Origin: an uncultured Dehalococcoidia bacterium
GTDB taxonomy: Bacteria > Chloroflexota > Dehalococcoidia > Lucifugimonadales > UBA3495
Direction: 5' to 3'
Length of the DNA stretch: 64,000 bases
NCBI GenBank assembly: GCA_964587795.1
Contig: CAZPMU010000006.1
Location: 15,263-79,262, forward strand
A model generated the notes under the pieces. That model made no database searches and was not told where the DNA came from. It saw only the letters and a list, made by a program, of their open reading frames with translations. Numbering within the stretch: position 1 is the first letter of the stretch; each line of letters begins with the position of its first letter. Of this stretch, positions 27,102 through 36,785 are shown piece by piece. The translations under genes and the position numbers were made by a program.

Positions 27102-28181
27102 ATGTATCCTCCTGGCGGACAACGTCAGCCTGAAATGGATTTCGAGCAGGTAACTGCGCGATTCCGCGAAGGAATGGGCAGGTTTTCCGGCCGCTTCGGC
27201 GGCGGCGGATTGTTCCTGTTCATTCTCGGCATAATCGTATTGGCAATCATCGTTTGGATGGGTACCGGTGTTTACACCATCGGTCCCGGCGAAAACGCGG
27301 CCCTGCGCCTTTTCGGGGCTGTGCAGGGTAACCCGGTAACGCAGGAAGGCTTGCGGTGGTGGTGGCCCCGCCCCATTGGCCAGCGTGATGTAATCCTGGT
27401 TACCGAGACCCGCCGCATGGAATTGGGGTTCCGCAGCAACGCCACCGGCGCCGGCAACCCCTTCCCAACCGAGGCTCTGATGATTAGCGGTGACCTGAAC
27501 ATCGTGGATGTTCAAATGGTGGTGCAATACAACATCAAGAGCCTGAATGACTTCCTTTTCCGAGTCGATGACCCAGGAGAGGAGAGCCGGAATATCCCCC
27601 AGGGCAGGCCCGACGGCCGCACCCTGAAGGACGCTGCCGAAGCCGCCCTGCGGTTGGTGGTGGGCCAGCGGTCCATCGATGACATCCTGGTTCGTGACCG
27701 TGAAGGCGTCGAGGAACAGACCAAGCTGCGGCTGCAGGAAATCCTCGACACCTACAACACCGGTATTGACGTTCAGACTGTGCAGTTGCAGGACGTGAAG
27801 GCGCCGGAAGAAGTGCGCGACGCCTTTGACGACGTCTTGCGCGCCCGCCAGGAGCGGGATACCCGAATCAACCAGGCCCGCGCCTTCGAAGCAGACATCA
27901 TTCCCAGGGCCCAGGGTGACGCCGAAAGGATCAAGGAGGCTGCCGAAGCTTTTCGCCAGGCTCGTATCGCGAGGGCCCAGGGTGAAGCCGACCAGTTCAG
28001 CTTCATCCTTGCCGAGTACCAGCAGTCCCGGGAAGTAACGCGTCGCCGTCTTTACCTTGAGGCGATGGAAGAGGTGCTCCCCGGCGTCAGCAAGATTATC
28101 GTTTCTCCGGAGGCGGAGACGGTGTTGATTCTTGGCGGCGACGGCACTACTACACCCGTTCCCTTTGGCCCCCAGCCCTAA
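27102..28181 (+). CDS. hflK: SPFH/band-7 protein HflK
   Basis: N-terminal TM then SPFH domain (GPGENAALRLFG...), coiled-coil tail with repeated ARAQGEA/AQGDAE. Adjacent to hflC and near ftsH. Confidence 0.88.
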   Translation: MYPPGGQRQPEMDFEQVTARFREGMGRFSGRFGGGGLFLFILGIIVLAIIVWMGTGVYTIGPGENAALRLFGAVQGNPVTQEGLRWWWPRPIGQRDVILVTETRRMELGFRSNATGAGNPFPTEALMISGDLNIVDVQMVVQYNIKSLNDFLFRVDDPGEESRNIPQGRPDGRTLKDAAEAALRLVVGQRSIDDILVRDREGVEEQTKLRLQEILDTYNTGIDVQTVQLQDVKAPEEVRDAFDDVLRARQERDTRINQARAFEADIIPRAQGDAERIKEAAEAFRQARIARAQGEADQFSFILAEYQQSREVTRRRLYLEAMEEVLPGVSKIIVSPEAETVLILGGDGTTTPVPFGPQP

Positions 28182-28272
28182 GAATTTGATTGGCGGAAGC
28201 CCCGCGGGGTAACCGCCGGGCAGGCTCGTTGGCCAGTAATCCAGGCATTAACCGGACTATTCGAGAGTAAAA

Positions 28273-29211
28273 ATGAGAGCGCTGTTAATCATTGGCGTAA
28301 TTGTCGTCATCGGGCTAATCGTCCTGCGACAGTCCCTGTATATCGTTGACGAGACTCAGCAGGTGCTGATCCTGCGATTCAACGAGGTCATCGGCACCCG
28401 AGCAACGCCGGGACTGTACCTCAAAGCCCCGTTCGTCGACACCATTGTAACCTTCGACAAACGTATCCTTCGCATTGACGCCGACCCCGCGTCAATGCCC
28501 GATAAGGAAAAGCAGAACCTTATTATCGACTCCTATGCCAGGTACCGCATTATCGACCCGGTACAGTTCCGAAAGACGCTGCAAACGGAAACCAACGCTC
28601 GTAGCCGTCTGGGTGACATCGTTACATCTACCCTGCGCGACAGGGTGGCGCTCCGTAACCGTTTCGAAATCATCGGCGCGGAGCCTATACTGGACGATCT
28701 CGGCAACCCTGTCTTGGACCAGGAAGGCCTGCCTCTAGTCGAGGGTGTCGACACCCGAACTGAAATCCTGCAGGAAGTGCTGCAGGGCGTTCGGGAGCGC
28801 ACCAGTGATCAGGACTTCGGTATAGAGATTACTGACGTGCGGATAAAGCGGGCCGACTTCCCTGAATCGGTGACCCCCAGCATCTATACACGTATGCGAG
28901 CAGAGCGTAATCGTATCGCCACGCGATTCCGGGCCGAAGGTGAAGAGGAAGACCTCAAGATTCGCGCCGTCGCCAACCGCGACCGGGAAGTCATCCTGGC
29001 CACGGCGGAACAGGAGAGCAACCAGATTCGGGGTCAGGGCGAAGCGGAAGCCATCAGCATACTGGCCGAAGCATTGAACCAGGACCCGGATTTCTTCGCC
29101 TTCCGCCGCAGCCTGCAGGCCTACAGTGCCTTCCTGGGCAACCAGGATACAATCATCCTTTCTTCGGATGAGGAACTGTTCGAGTTTCTGGGTTCGCCAG
29201 ACTCGAACTGA
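28273..29211 (+). CDS. hflC: SPFH/band-7 protein HflC
   Basis: N-terminal TM, SLYIVDETQQVLILRFN, DVRIKRADFPE, RAEGEEE...RGQGEAEA. Confidence 0.88.
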   Translation: MRALLIIGVIVVIGLIVLRQSLYIVDETQQVLILRFNEVIGTRATPGLYLKAPFVDTIVTFDKRILRIDADPASMPDKEKQNLIIDSYARYRIIDPVQFRKTLQTETNARSRLGDIVTSTLRDRVALRNRFEIIGAEPILDDLGNPVLDQEGLPLVEGVDTRTEILQEVLQGVRERTSDQDFGIEITDVRIKRADFPESVTPSIYTRMRAERNRIATRFRAEGEEEDLKIRAVANRDREVILATAEQESNQIRGQGEAEAISILAEALNQDPDFFAFRRSLQAYSAFLGNQDTIILSSDEELFEFLGSPDSN

Positions 29212-29317
29212 TGGCCCGGGGCTGGATTTGGCGGCTCTTACAGGTACGACGAAAAGGCAAACATTTAATGTGGGCAACGCCTCTTGGCCGTTGCCCAACC
29301 TGTGTGACGGAGCGTAG

Positions 29318-30472
29318 ATGAAACTTCACGAGTTCCAGGCCAAGGAGATTTTCGCCCGTTATGGCATTGAGGTGCCGCGAGGTATCGTGGCCAGCACCCC
29401 TGAAGAGGCCCGGTACGCTACCCGGGATTTGGGCGGTCAGGCAGTGATCAAGGCCCAGGTCCACGCAGGTGGCCGCGGGCAGGGAGGCGGCATCAAGGTG
29501 GTACGCTCTCCGGAAGAAGCGGAGGATGTGGCCCGAGGCTTTATCGGCCGCAACCTGGTTACCCGCCAGACCGATGCCCAGGGCGTTCCCATAAACTCGG
29601 TGCTGGTGGAGGAACTGGCCGATATCAAGCAGGAGCTATACGTGGCCCTGACTATTGACCGGGGGTTTCGCGGCCCGGTGATGATTGCCAGCGCCGCCGG
29701 CGGCATGGACATTGAGGAGGTAGCCTCCACCAACCCCGAGAACATCCACACCGAGCCCATAGAACCGGTACTGGGGTTTATGCCCTACCAGGCGCGGCGG
29801 GTAATCTCCCGCCTGGGGCTGGAAGGGGCCCAGACGCGCCCCGCGACCCAGGCGCTTAACGCCCTGTACCGCATCTTCAGCGAGAACGACTGTTCCCTGG
29901 TAGAAATAAACCCCCTGATAATAACCGGCGATGACCGGGTGGTGGCTTTGGACGCCAAACTGGACGTGGAGGACGATTCTCTTTTCCGCCACGCCGACCT
30001 GCATGAGCTTCGTGACCGTTCCCAGGAAGATGCGCTGGAGGCCCGGGCTTCCGATATGGAGATTGCCTACGTGAACCTGGACGGCAGCGTAGGCTGTCTG
30101 GTCAATGGCGCCGGCCTGGCCATGGCTACCCTGGACGTTACCAACGCCGCAGGGGCGGCCCCAGCCAACTTCCTGGACGTGGGTGGCGGCGCCGACGACG
30201 AAAAGGTGGCCAGCGCGGTAAGCATTATATTGTCCGACCCCAAGGTGGACCGAGTATTGATTAACGTCTTTGGCGGCATCCTGCGTTGCGACATTGCCGC
30301 CCGGGGCATCGTCCTGGCCTTTGAGCGCATGAATTCCAACCTGCCCCTGATTGTTCGCATGTTGGGCACCAATGTTGATGAGGGCAAGGAAATCCTGGGA
30401 ACCTCGTCCCTCAACGTAACCTTCGCCGACACCCTGACCGAGGCGGCGGAAGCGGTACGTCAGGCTGTTTAA
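29318..30472 (+). CDS. sucC: Succinate--CoA ligase (ADP-forming) beta subunit
   Basis: MKLHEFQAKEIFARYGI..., ATP-grasp domain, GGIVRCD-type C-terminal motif (GGILRCD). Confidence 0.97.
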   Translation: MKLHEFQAKEIFARYGIEVPRGIVASTPEEARYATRDLGGQAVIKAQVHAGGRGQGGGIKVVRSPEEAEDVARGFIGRNLVTRQTDAQGVPINSVLVEELADIKQELYVALTIDRGFRGPVMIASAAGGMDIEEVASTNPENIHTEPIEPVLGFMPYQARRVISRLGLEGAQTRPATQALNALYRIFSENDCSLVEINPLIITGDDRVVALDAKLDVEDDSLFRHADLHELRDRSQEDALEARASDMEIAYVNLDGSVGCLVNGAGLAMATLDVTNAAGAAPANFLDVGGGADDEKVASAVSIILSDPKVDRVLINVFGGILRCDIAARGIVLAFERMNSNLPLIVRMLGTNVDEGKEILGTSSLNVTFADTLTEAAEAVRQAV

Positions 30473-30483
30473 AGACCAGCATC

Positions 30484-30567
30484 TATCCACCAATACCTGC
30501 GAATTTCCACGAATGGCTGATTAGGGTCAGAAAATCATTAATGAAGATTCGTGTGTATTCGTGGATA
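30484..30567. repeat. Palindromic element, family 2 copy 1 (CACGAAT units), between sucC and sucD
   Basis: Left arm TATCCACCAATACCTGCGAATTTCCACGAAT (30484-30514). Right arm ATTCGTGTGTATTCGTGGATA (30547-30567). Confidence 0.75.
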
Positions 30568-30588
30568 AACAACTAACTGGAGCAACCC

Positions 30589-31476
30589 ATGGGCATTCTC
30601 TTGAACGAAAATTCGCGCATCCTGGTCCAGGGCATCACCGGACGGGAGGGCAGCTTTCACGCCCGGGCCGGAATGGCCTATGGCACTAATGTGGTGGCCG
30701 GCGTAACTCCCGGCCGGGGCGGCCAGCTCTTTGAGGAAACCGTCCCCGTGTTTAATTCGGTGGAAGAGGCGGTGGCAGAAACGGACGCCAACGTGTCCCT
30801 GATATTTGTGCCGCCGCCCTTCGCGCCCGACGCCATCGTTGAGGCCGCCGACGCAGGGGTACCCCTCATCGCCTGCATCACCGAGGGCGTTCCGGTGCAG
30901 GACATGGCCAAGGTGGCCCGTTACCTGGAGCGCAAGCCCGAGGTGCGGCTGATTGGCCCCAACTGCCCCGGCATGATTAACCCCGGCGCCCGCTGCAAGG
31001 TGGGCATTATGCCCGGCAACATTCACATGCCCGGTCGCGTCGGAGTCGTATCCCGCAGCGGCACCCTCACCTATGAGGCCGTGGGCCAATTGACCAACCT
31101 TGGAATAGGCCAGTCAAGTTGTGTCGGCATTGGCGGCGACCCCATCATCGGCACCAGCTTTGCCGAGGTCTTGCGCCTGTACAACGAAGATCCGGAGACG
31201 GACCTCATCGTCTTCATCGGGGAAATCGGCGGTACCATGGAGCAGGAAGCGGCGGCTTACATCAGGGAATCGGTGACCAAGCCCGTCTGCACCCTTATCG
31301 TGGGGGCCACGGCGCCCCCCGGCAAGCGCATGGGCCACGCCGGGGCCATCATCACCGGCGACAGCGCCCGGGCCGAGGCCAAGATAGCTGCCATGCGCGA
31401 CGCCGGCGCTCACATCATTCCCACCCCCGCCGACATCGGCGCCACTGCCCAGGCGGTGCTGGCCGGCATTGGTTGA
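30589..31476 (+). CDS. sucD: Succinate--CoA ligase alpha subunit
   Basis: [23 protein letters not shown], the GHAGA active-site His region, and synteny with sucC. Confidence 0.97.
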   Translation: MGILLNENSRILVQGITGREGSFHARAGMAYGTNVVAGVTPGRGGQLFEETVPVFNSVEEAVAETDANVSLIFVPPPFAPDAIVEAADAGVPLIACITEGVPVQDMAKVARYLERKPEVRLIGPNCPGMINPGARCKVGIMPGNIHMPGRVGVVSRSGTLTYEAVGQLTNLGIGQSSCVGIGGDPIIGTSFAEVLRLYNEDPETDLIVFIGEIGGTMEQEAAAYIRESVTKPVCTLIVGATAPPGKRMGHAGAIITGDSARAEAKIAAMRDAGAHIIPTPADIGATAQAVLAGIG

Positions 31477-31498
31477 TGCCCCTTTCCGACTGAACTTT

Positions 31499-31570
31499 TA
31501 TCCACATATCGGCACGGATATTCACGAATGACTCTCCAGGAATTCGTAGGGAATCGGATATATTCGTGGG
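31499..31570. repeat. Palindromic element, family 2 copy 2 (CACGAAT units)
   Basis: TATCCACATATCGGCACGGATATTCACGAAT (31499-31529) faces AATTCGTAGGGAATCGGATATATTCGTGGG (31541-31570). Confidence 0.75.
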
Positions 31571-31621
31571 TCATCTTCTTCGAAGAATACTCCTATGGTA
31601 TTATTCCTCCTTGGAGACGAT

Positions 31622-32116
31622 ATGTTTGGACTCGGAATTCTTACGGTAAGTACATCGGCTTACCACGGACAGCGGAAGGACGACGCCAGCGGGGACAAAA
31701 TAAAGGAAATGCTGCCCCCGCCGGACTATGACCTGGTCCGCTACGAAATCGTGCCCGACGACAAGGAAATGATCGCCCGGCGTATGGCCGAGTGGGCCGA
31801 CGCCCCCGATGTCAACCTTGTTGTCAGCACCGGCGGCACGGGCCTGGGGCCCACTGACATAACACCCGAAGCCTGTCTGTCAATCATTGACCGGGAAGTG
31901 CCCGGTATGGCGGAGACCATGCGGGCCGAAACGCTGAAGTTCACTCCCATGGCCATGATCAGCCGCTCCGTAGCCGGTACACGGGGCAAAACACTGATTA
32001 TCACCCTGCCCGGCAGCCCCAAGGGCGTCGCGGAAACCCTGGAAGTGGTCATGCCTGTCCTGCCCCACGCCTTGGAACTGCTTCGCCGGGAGTCGATGCA
32101 AGAGCATCCGGTTTAG
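31622..32116 (+). CDS. mog: Molybdenum cofactor biosynthesis protein, MogA/MoaB family
   Basis: ILTVSTS...DASGD...STGGTGLGPTDITPEA...PGMAE...RSVAG..GKTLIITLPGSPKG. The ATG at 31622 has a GGAGA RBS. Confidence 0.85.
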   Translation: MFGLGILTVSTSAYHGQRKDDASGDKIKEMLPPPDYDLVRYEIVPDDKEMIARRMAEWADAPDVNLVVSTGGTGLGPTDITPEACLSIIDREVPGMAETMRAETLKFTPMAMISRSVAGTRGKTLIITLPGSPKGVAETLEVVMPVLPHALELLRRESMQEHPV

Positions 32117-32127
32117 GTTCATTCAAA

Positions 32128-32182
32128 CGTGGATGAACGGGACATACAGGATTTTCAGAAGGAACAATCCTGTCCATCCATG
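32128..32182. repeat. Palindromic intergenic element, family 1 copy C
   Basis: CGTGGATGAACGGGACATACAGGAT (32128-32152) faces ATCCTGTCCATCCATG (32167-32182). Confidence 0.8.
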
Positions 32183-32206
32183 TAAAACTATCTTGGAGCA
32201 TTCCAC

Positions 32207-32557
32207 ATGACGCAACCCAGTGACCTCCCCGAACCCGTCTATTGGCCCAGGGTCAAGCAAATCATTGGGGACATTATGGAGCGCTGGAAGGAACGGTGGG
32301 GTCGGGAACCCTACCCGGGCATCCACGAGTACTACTGGGAAACACCCGAAGAACTGAAGAATGCAGTCCTGAACGGGTTCCGGGCCATTGAGCCGGGCGT
32401 TCCCGGTCGGGACACGCATTTTGTCCGCTCCCTGTACCGGGGCGTGGGCACCTTCGGCAAAATGCCCCTGCGGGGACCTTTCATAACCAGGGGAGAGGTC
32501 GACGAAATTGCCCGTTGGATTGACGACGGTATGCCTGAGGGGCCGCCGGAGGAATAG
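32207..32557 (+). CDS. Hypothetical protein (116 aa)
   Basis: Clean ORF with codon usage like its neighbours. No motif recognised. Confidence 0.55.
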   Translation: MTQPSDLPEPVYWPRVKQIIGDIMERWKERWGREPYPGIHEYYWETPEELKNAVLNGFRAIEPGVPGRDTHFVRSLYRGVGTFGKMPLRGPFITRGEVDEIARWIDDGMPEGPPEE

Positions 32558-32598
32558 GGTATTTCAGCGGGGCCCCAAGGGCTTAAGGCGGTAACGGC

Positions 32599-32623
32599 AG
32601 GGGCGGGTTTGAAACCCGCCCCT
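32599..32623. terminator. GC hairpin (GGGGCGGGTTT-GAA-ACCCGCCCC) between convergent genes
   Basis: Perfect 10-bp stem. Lies between the stop at 32557 (+) and the stop at 32746 (-). Confidence 0.55.
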
Positions 32624-32745
32624 ACTCTTATGACACTGCACTCCTTCCACCGGCCAGTACACCTCAGCTTTTCTGCCAAAAACAAGGGGCTCACCAAATG
32701 GTGAGCCCCTTAACTCTTGCCTGAATCCAAGGCCGGTGGAAGGTG

Positions 32746-33750
32746 CTAAACCAGCACCGGGTCCTTTACTTTGCTGTAGACCTGGATGCGGCCGCGGGTG
32801 TGATCGAGGACGCAGACGCGGCCTTGACTGTCCACGCGGACGGCGCAGGGGTGGGCAAAGTTCCGTTCATAGTTGGGGTCGTTAGCAAAGGCCAGCGCCC
32901 GTTGGCGGATCATGTCCGGATTGGAGAGCAGCTTGTCTTTGCCCCACTGGGACATCACGTGGTCTCCCACCATCTGGGTCACGAACCTTCCGTCGGGAGC
33001 CAGGACCTGTACCCGGTTGTTCAGCCAGTCAGCGACATAGATATCGCCATCTTCGTCCACTGCTACACCGTTGGGGCGGTTGAACTGGCCCACTCCGTCG
33101 CCGGACTGACCGTAGCTGGCCTGCCATTCACCGTCGGAACTGAAGACCTGGATTCGGTCATTCCTCCAGTCGGCCACGTAAACGTTGCCGTCCTTGTCCA
33201 AGTCGATGCCCCAGGGCATGTTCAGCTCGCCGGGGCCGCTGCCAAAGCTGCCGAACTGGCCCAGGTACTGCCCGTCCAGGGTGAACTTCTGGACCCGGGA
33301 ATTGCGGCTGTCCACGATGAAGACGGTGCCGTCTTCGCTGATGGCGATGCCGGCCGGCCGGTCCAGTTCACCGTCGCCGGAGCCGCCGGTGCCCCACTTG
33401 CCCAGGAACTCGCCGTCCTTGGACATGATGGTTACCCGGTTCAGCCACTCGTCGGTGATGAAAAGGCGTTCCTGGCCGTCAATGGCGATGCCTGCGGGCC
33501 AGATAAAGTTGCCGTCTTCCTCGCCATAGGTGCCGAACTCGCTGATGTACTCTTCGTCCAGGGTGCAGGCGGTGACGCGCACACCGTCGGGACGATTTTC
33601 ATAGGACCGGTTGACCACGTACACCGTGCCGTCGGCATCCACCGCCATGTCTGAAGGGTTTCGGAAACCCGTGCCAGCGAACTCGTTACGGCCCACAGAG
33701 TGACTGTACTCGTACGTTCGGCTGGTAAGACCAAAGAAATGGGTGCTCAT
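32746..33750 (-). CDS. NHL-repeat beta-propeller protein (cassette 2)
   Basis: Paralog of 7273-8343, with a shared N-terminus (RTYEYSHSVGR vs RTYDFSHSVGR) and repeated NHL blades. Confidence 0.85.
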   Translation of the reverse strand: MSTHFFGLTSRTYEYSHSVGRNEFAGTGFRNPSDMAVDADGTVYVVNRSYENRPDGVRVTACTLDEEYISEFGTYGEEDGNFIWPAGIAIDGQERLFITDEWLNRVTIMSKDGEFLGKWGTGGSGDGELDRPAGIAISEDGTVFIVDSRNSRVQKFTLDGQYLGQFGSFGSGPGELNMPWGIDLDKDGNVYVADWRNDRIQVFSSDGEWQASYGQSGDGVGQFNRPNGVAVDEDGDIYVADWLNNRVQVLAPDGRFVTQMVGDHVMSQWGKDKLLSNPDMIRQRALAFANDPNYERNFAHPCAVRVDSQGRVCVLDHTRGRIQVYSKVKDPVLV

Positions 33751-33871
33751 GCTCTTACCTCTTCCTCTTGCTTTGTGTTGCTCCGGTGGCGTTGCACCCC
33801 CCGTGTCTGGAGAGAAAGCTGCACCACCGAACCGTATTTGTTCGTATTGGCCTCGTCGGAACTATCAGGGT

Positions 33872-33896
33872 AGGGGCGGGCTCGAAACCCGCCCCT
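33872..33896 (-). terminator. GC hairpin of the same family inside cassette 2 (between the DUF1501 and NHL genes)
   Basis: AGGGGCGGGCTCGAAACCCGCCCCT. No clear T-run, so its role is uncertain. Confidence 0.4.
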
Positions 33897-33923
33897 CCGT
33901 GAGTTTCAACGTGCTGATGTCAC

Positions 33924-35060
33924 CTACAGGAAGTTGATCTTCTCGAAGGAACCACCAACGATGGGCTGGGCGTCCATCCTGTAGAAATCTTCCACGATGG
34001 TAGTGTAGATGGAGCGGAAGTCCATGCCGTACTTGAGGTTTCCGCCCTCTTCCTGCTGGCTGGGCTCCAGGGACGGGTACTCACCATAGATGCCGCCCTT
34101 GACGTGCTCGCCCACAACAAAGGCGATACCGCCGGCGCCGTGGTCGGTTCCCGAGCCGTTGTCGCCGATGCGGCGGCCGAACTCGGTGAACATGAGCAGC
34201 ATTACTTCATCGCTGGCGTTGTGTTCCCGCAGGTCCTGGAAGAAGGTGTCCACGTTGTTGGACACGTCCGTCCACAGGCCGGAGTGCAGGGAGGCCTGGT
34301 TGGCGTGAGTGTCAAAGCTGTTGTACGGAGACGTGGTGTAGAGCACCCGGCTGCCGAACCCGGCCAGGTGTGTCTGGGCAATGTTCTTCATATACTGGCC
34401 CACCACGGTGTTAGAGTACTCCACGGTGCTGGAGTACTTGTCGGGAGCGGTGGCCAGGATGTCGGCGCCCTTGAGGGCGTTGGTACCGGTGCTGTGGATG
34501 TAGTCCATCACGGCGCCGGTGCCCATCGCCGGAGAGTACATGCGGCCGAAGACGTCCAGAGCATCGTTGCGCTGGTCCTCGCCGTCGATGCCGGTGAGGA
34601 GGCCGTAAGTCTCCAAGTTGCCCACGGAGGCTACGGGCACGCCTTCCATTACCAGGGCGCGGGGAAGACCGCGGCCGAAGTTAACGCCACACAGCACGTT
34701 CTCGGCATTGGGGTCGATTTCCTTGAGGACGCGACCCAGCCAGCCTTCGGTGCCGATCTTGTCGGGCTCGCAGGTGTGCCAGATGTCCATGGAACGGAAA
34801 TGGGAGTAGCTGGGGTTGTCGTAACCGACCCCCAGGAAAATGGCCAGCTTTCCCTCGTCCCAGAACTTCTTCAACGGACCCATGGTGGGGTGGAAACCCA
34901 GTTGGTCGTTGATGGGGATAATCTGCCCTTCGGGAATGCCCAGCGTGGGGCGATAGTCCCGATACAGGGGGTTGGCATAAGGAATCACAGTGTTCAGGCC
35001 ATCGTTGCCGCCGGAAAGGGACAGAACGGCCAGTACCGGGTCTTTCTGCGTAGAAACCAT
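33924..35060 (-). CDS. DUF1501 family protein (cassette 2)
   Basis: Paralog of 6111-7238 (VLSLSGGNDGLNTVIP, YSHFRSMDIWHT, FTEFGRRIGDNGSGTDHGAGG). The ATG at 35060 follows GAAGGAGAAAAGGAT. The tracked start at 35114 would overlap the DUF1800 gene. Confidence 0.85.
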   Translation of the reverse strand: MVSTQKDPVLAVLSLSGGNDGLNTVIPYANPLYRDYRPTLGIPEGQIIPINDQLGFHPTMGPLKKFWDEGKLAIFLGVGYDNPSYSHFRSMDIWHTCEPDKIGTEGWLGRVLKEIDPNAENVLCGVNFGRGLPRALVMEGVPVASVGNLETYGLLTGIDGEDQRNDALDVFGRMYSPAMGTGAVMDYIHSTGTNALKGADILATAPDKYSSTVEYSNTVVGQYMKNIAQTHLAGFGSRVLYTTSPYNSFDTHANQASLHSGLWTDVSNNVDTFFQDLREHNASDEVMLLMFTEFGRRIGDNGSGTDHGAGGIAFVVGEHVKGGIYGEYPSLEPSQQEEGGNLKYGMDFRSIYTTIVEDFYRMDAQPIVGGSFEKINFL

Positions 35061-35082
35061 ATCCTTTTCTCCTTCTACTAAA

Positions 35083-36501
35083 TTACTCGAACTGGAACTC
35101 TGCCGTAGCGGCAATCATCTGGAACATTTCGCCGGTGCGGCGGGCAAAGTCGGCCTGGTCCATAGTGTTGAGGTCGCCTTCCTTGGAAGCGTGGGACCTG
35201 AGCTGTTGCAAAGTATCCTCGGTAACCATCAGCGGGCCGGTCAGGTCCAGGCAGCTGGCCACGAACTGGTCGGGGGACAGGGTGTCGCCCTGGGACCTCA
35301 GGCGGTCCACCAGGGACTGGACGCCCGGAAGCCCGGTGTTGCCCATGAGGTCGGCGGCGAAGTTGATGCGCTCAACCAGGGTGCCGCTGTCAATCCACTC
35401 GCGACCGGTGTGCCAGCCTTCCACGGTGGGAGGATTCATCAGGTCCATGCCCATGTACTTGGGTTCCTGGGAGAACTCGAACAGGCCGGGCTGAATGTCC
35501 CGGTGCTCGCCCACCAGGCGCATGGTGCCTACCACCATCTCCGCCGGATTCTTGACCTTGGCGTAGCGGACGTCCTCAGCCTTGAAGAAGTCGGACTTGA
35601 AGAGGACTTCCAGCATGGGCTTGATTTCGAAGCCGGAGTCAAAGTAAGCCTTCTCCATGGCTTCAATGGCCTTCATATCGCGGGGCGGGGTCAGCCGCCA
35701 GGCCGGAACCTGAACATCGTCGGCAACGAAGAAGTTATAGAGATGGCGGGCCAGGAAGCGGGCGGTGGCGGGCTGCTTGCAGATAATGTCCAGCACATCG
35801 TCGCCGCCGAGGTTACCGGTCTCACCCAGGAAAGTCTTCTCGCTGTCGTCGTGGTCGGCCGGGTCGTAGCGGAACTCCCACGGGCTGCGGCCGTAGGGGA
35901 AGGGCGGGTAGGGGGGAGCGATGTTCCAGCCGGTGAAAGCCCGGGCGCAGGCCTTTACGTCGTCCTCGGAATAGTTGAACTCCTCGTCCTTGCCGACGCC
36001 CAGGGAGAACAACTCCAGCAGTTCCCGGCCGTAGTTTTCGTTCAGGTTGGTCTTGTGGCTCTCGCTGTTGTCCAGGTAGTAAACCATGGCGGGGCTGGTG
36101 GAAAGGAGCCACAGGAGGTGACGGAAGTTGCCCATGCCGTGTTCGCGGAACATCTGGATCATGCGACCCATTTCCTGGCCGCTGTCAATCTTGGAATGCC
36201 CAGCGCAGAAAATCATGTGCCAGAAGAGGGCCATCTTTTCCTGCAACTGGCGGGGCGTATTGATCATCCGCCATACCCACGCCTGGATGTTGGTTTCGAT
36301 GGCGGCCGCTTCATGATAGGCCGGCATATACCGCATCAGCAGGTCTTCTTCCACATTGGGCACGGTGTCGGGGTTGAGCAGTTCGTCAACCACGCTGTCG
36401 TAACCCTGGGCAGCTTTGGCCTCGATCTCGTCGCGGCTGGCGCCGAAACCGGCGCGTCGCAACAGGTGGGCCATCAAGGCAACATCTTGCTGGTCAGCCA
36501 T
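35083..36501 (-). CDS. DUF1800 family protein (cassette 2)
   Basis: VALMAHLLRRAGFGASRDEIE. Collinear with 4632-6023 along its whole length. Confidence 0.85.
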   Translation of the reverse strand: MADQQDVALMAHLLRRAGFGASRDEIEAKAAQGYDSVVDELLNPDTVPNVEEDLLMRYMPAYHEAAAIETNIQAWVWRMINTPRQLQEKMALFWHMIFCAGHSKIDSGQEMGRMIQMFREHGMGNFRHLLWLLSTSPAMVYYLDNSESHKTNLNENYGRELLELFSLGVGKDEEFNYSEDDVKACARAFTGWNIAPPYPPFPYGRSPWEFRYDPADHDDSEKTFLGETGNLGGDDVLDIICKQPATARFLARHLYNFFVADDVQVPAWRLTPPRDMKAIEAMEKAYFDSGFEIKPMLEVLFKSDFFKAEDVRYAKVKNPAEMVVGTMRLVGEHRDIQPGLFEFSQEPKYMGMDLMNPPTVEGWHTGREWIDSGTLVERINFAADLMGNTGLPGVQSLVDRLRSQGDTLSPDQFVASCLDLTGPLMVTEDTLQQLRSHASKEGDLNTMDQADFARRTGEMFQMIAATAEFQFE

Positions 36502-36785
36502 ACAGTCCTCCTTTAGCTTTTATCTTTCAATGCGCTGTTTCCACCGGCCTCGTTACTGGCCGGACCCAACCGATACCCGGCAATGGCCTATTTAAAATGC
36601 CCCTTGAACACCGTTGTTTGGTATCGATTATAAGGTAGAAAAAAGATACCTTAACCCCCTCTACCTGTCAATATTTTTTGCTCGCCTGTTATGGGTATCT
36701 TCAATCACGGAAAGGGCTTTCACTCCGGTCACCGTGCAGGAAACTCGTTCAAGACTCCCGCCTGTTCATGGGTCTAATTTCAGAA

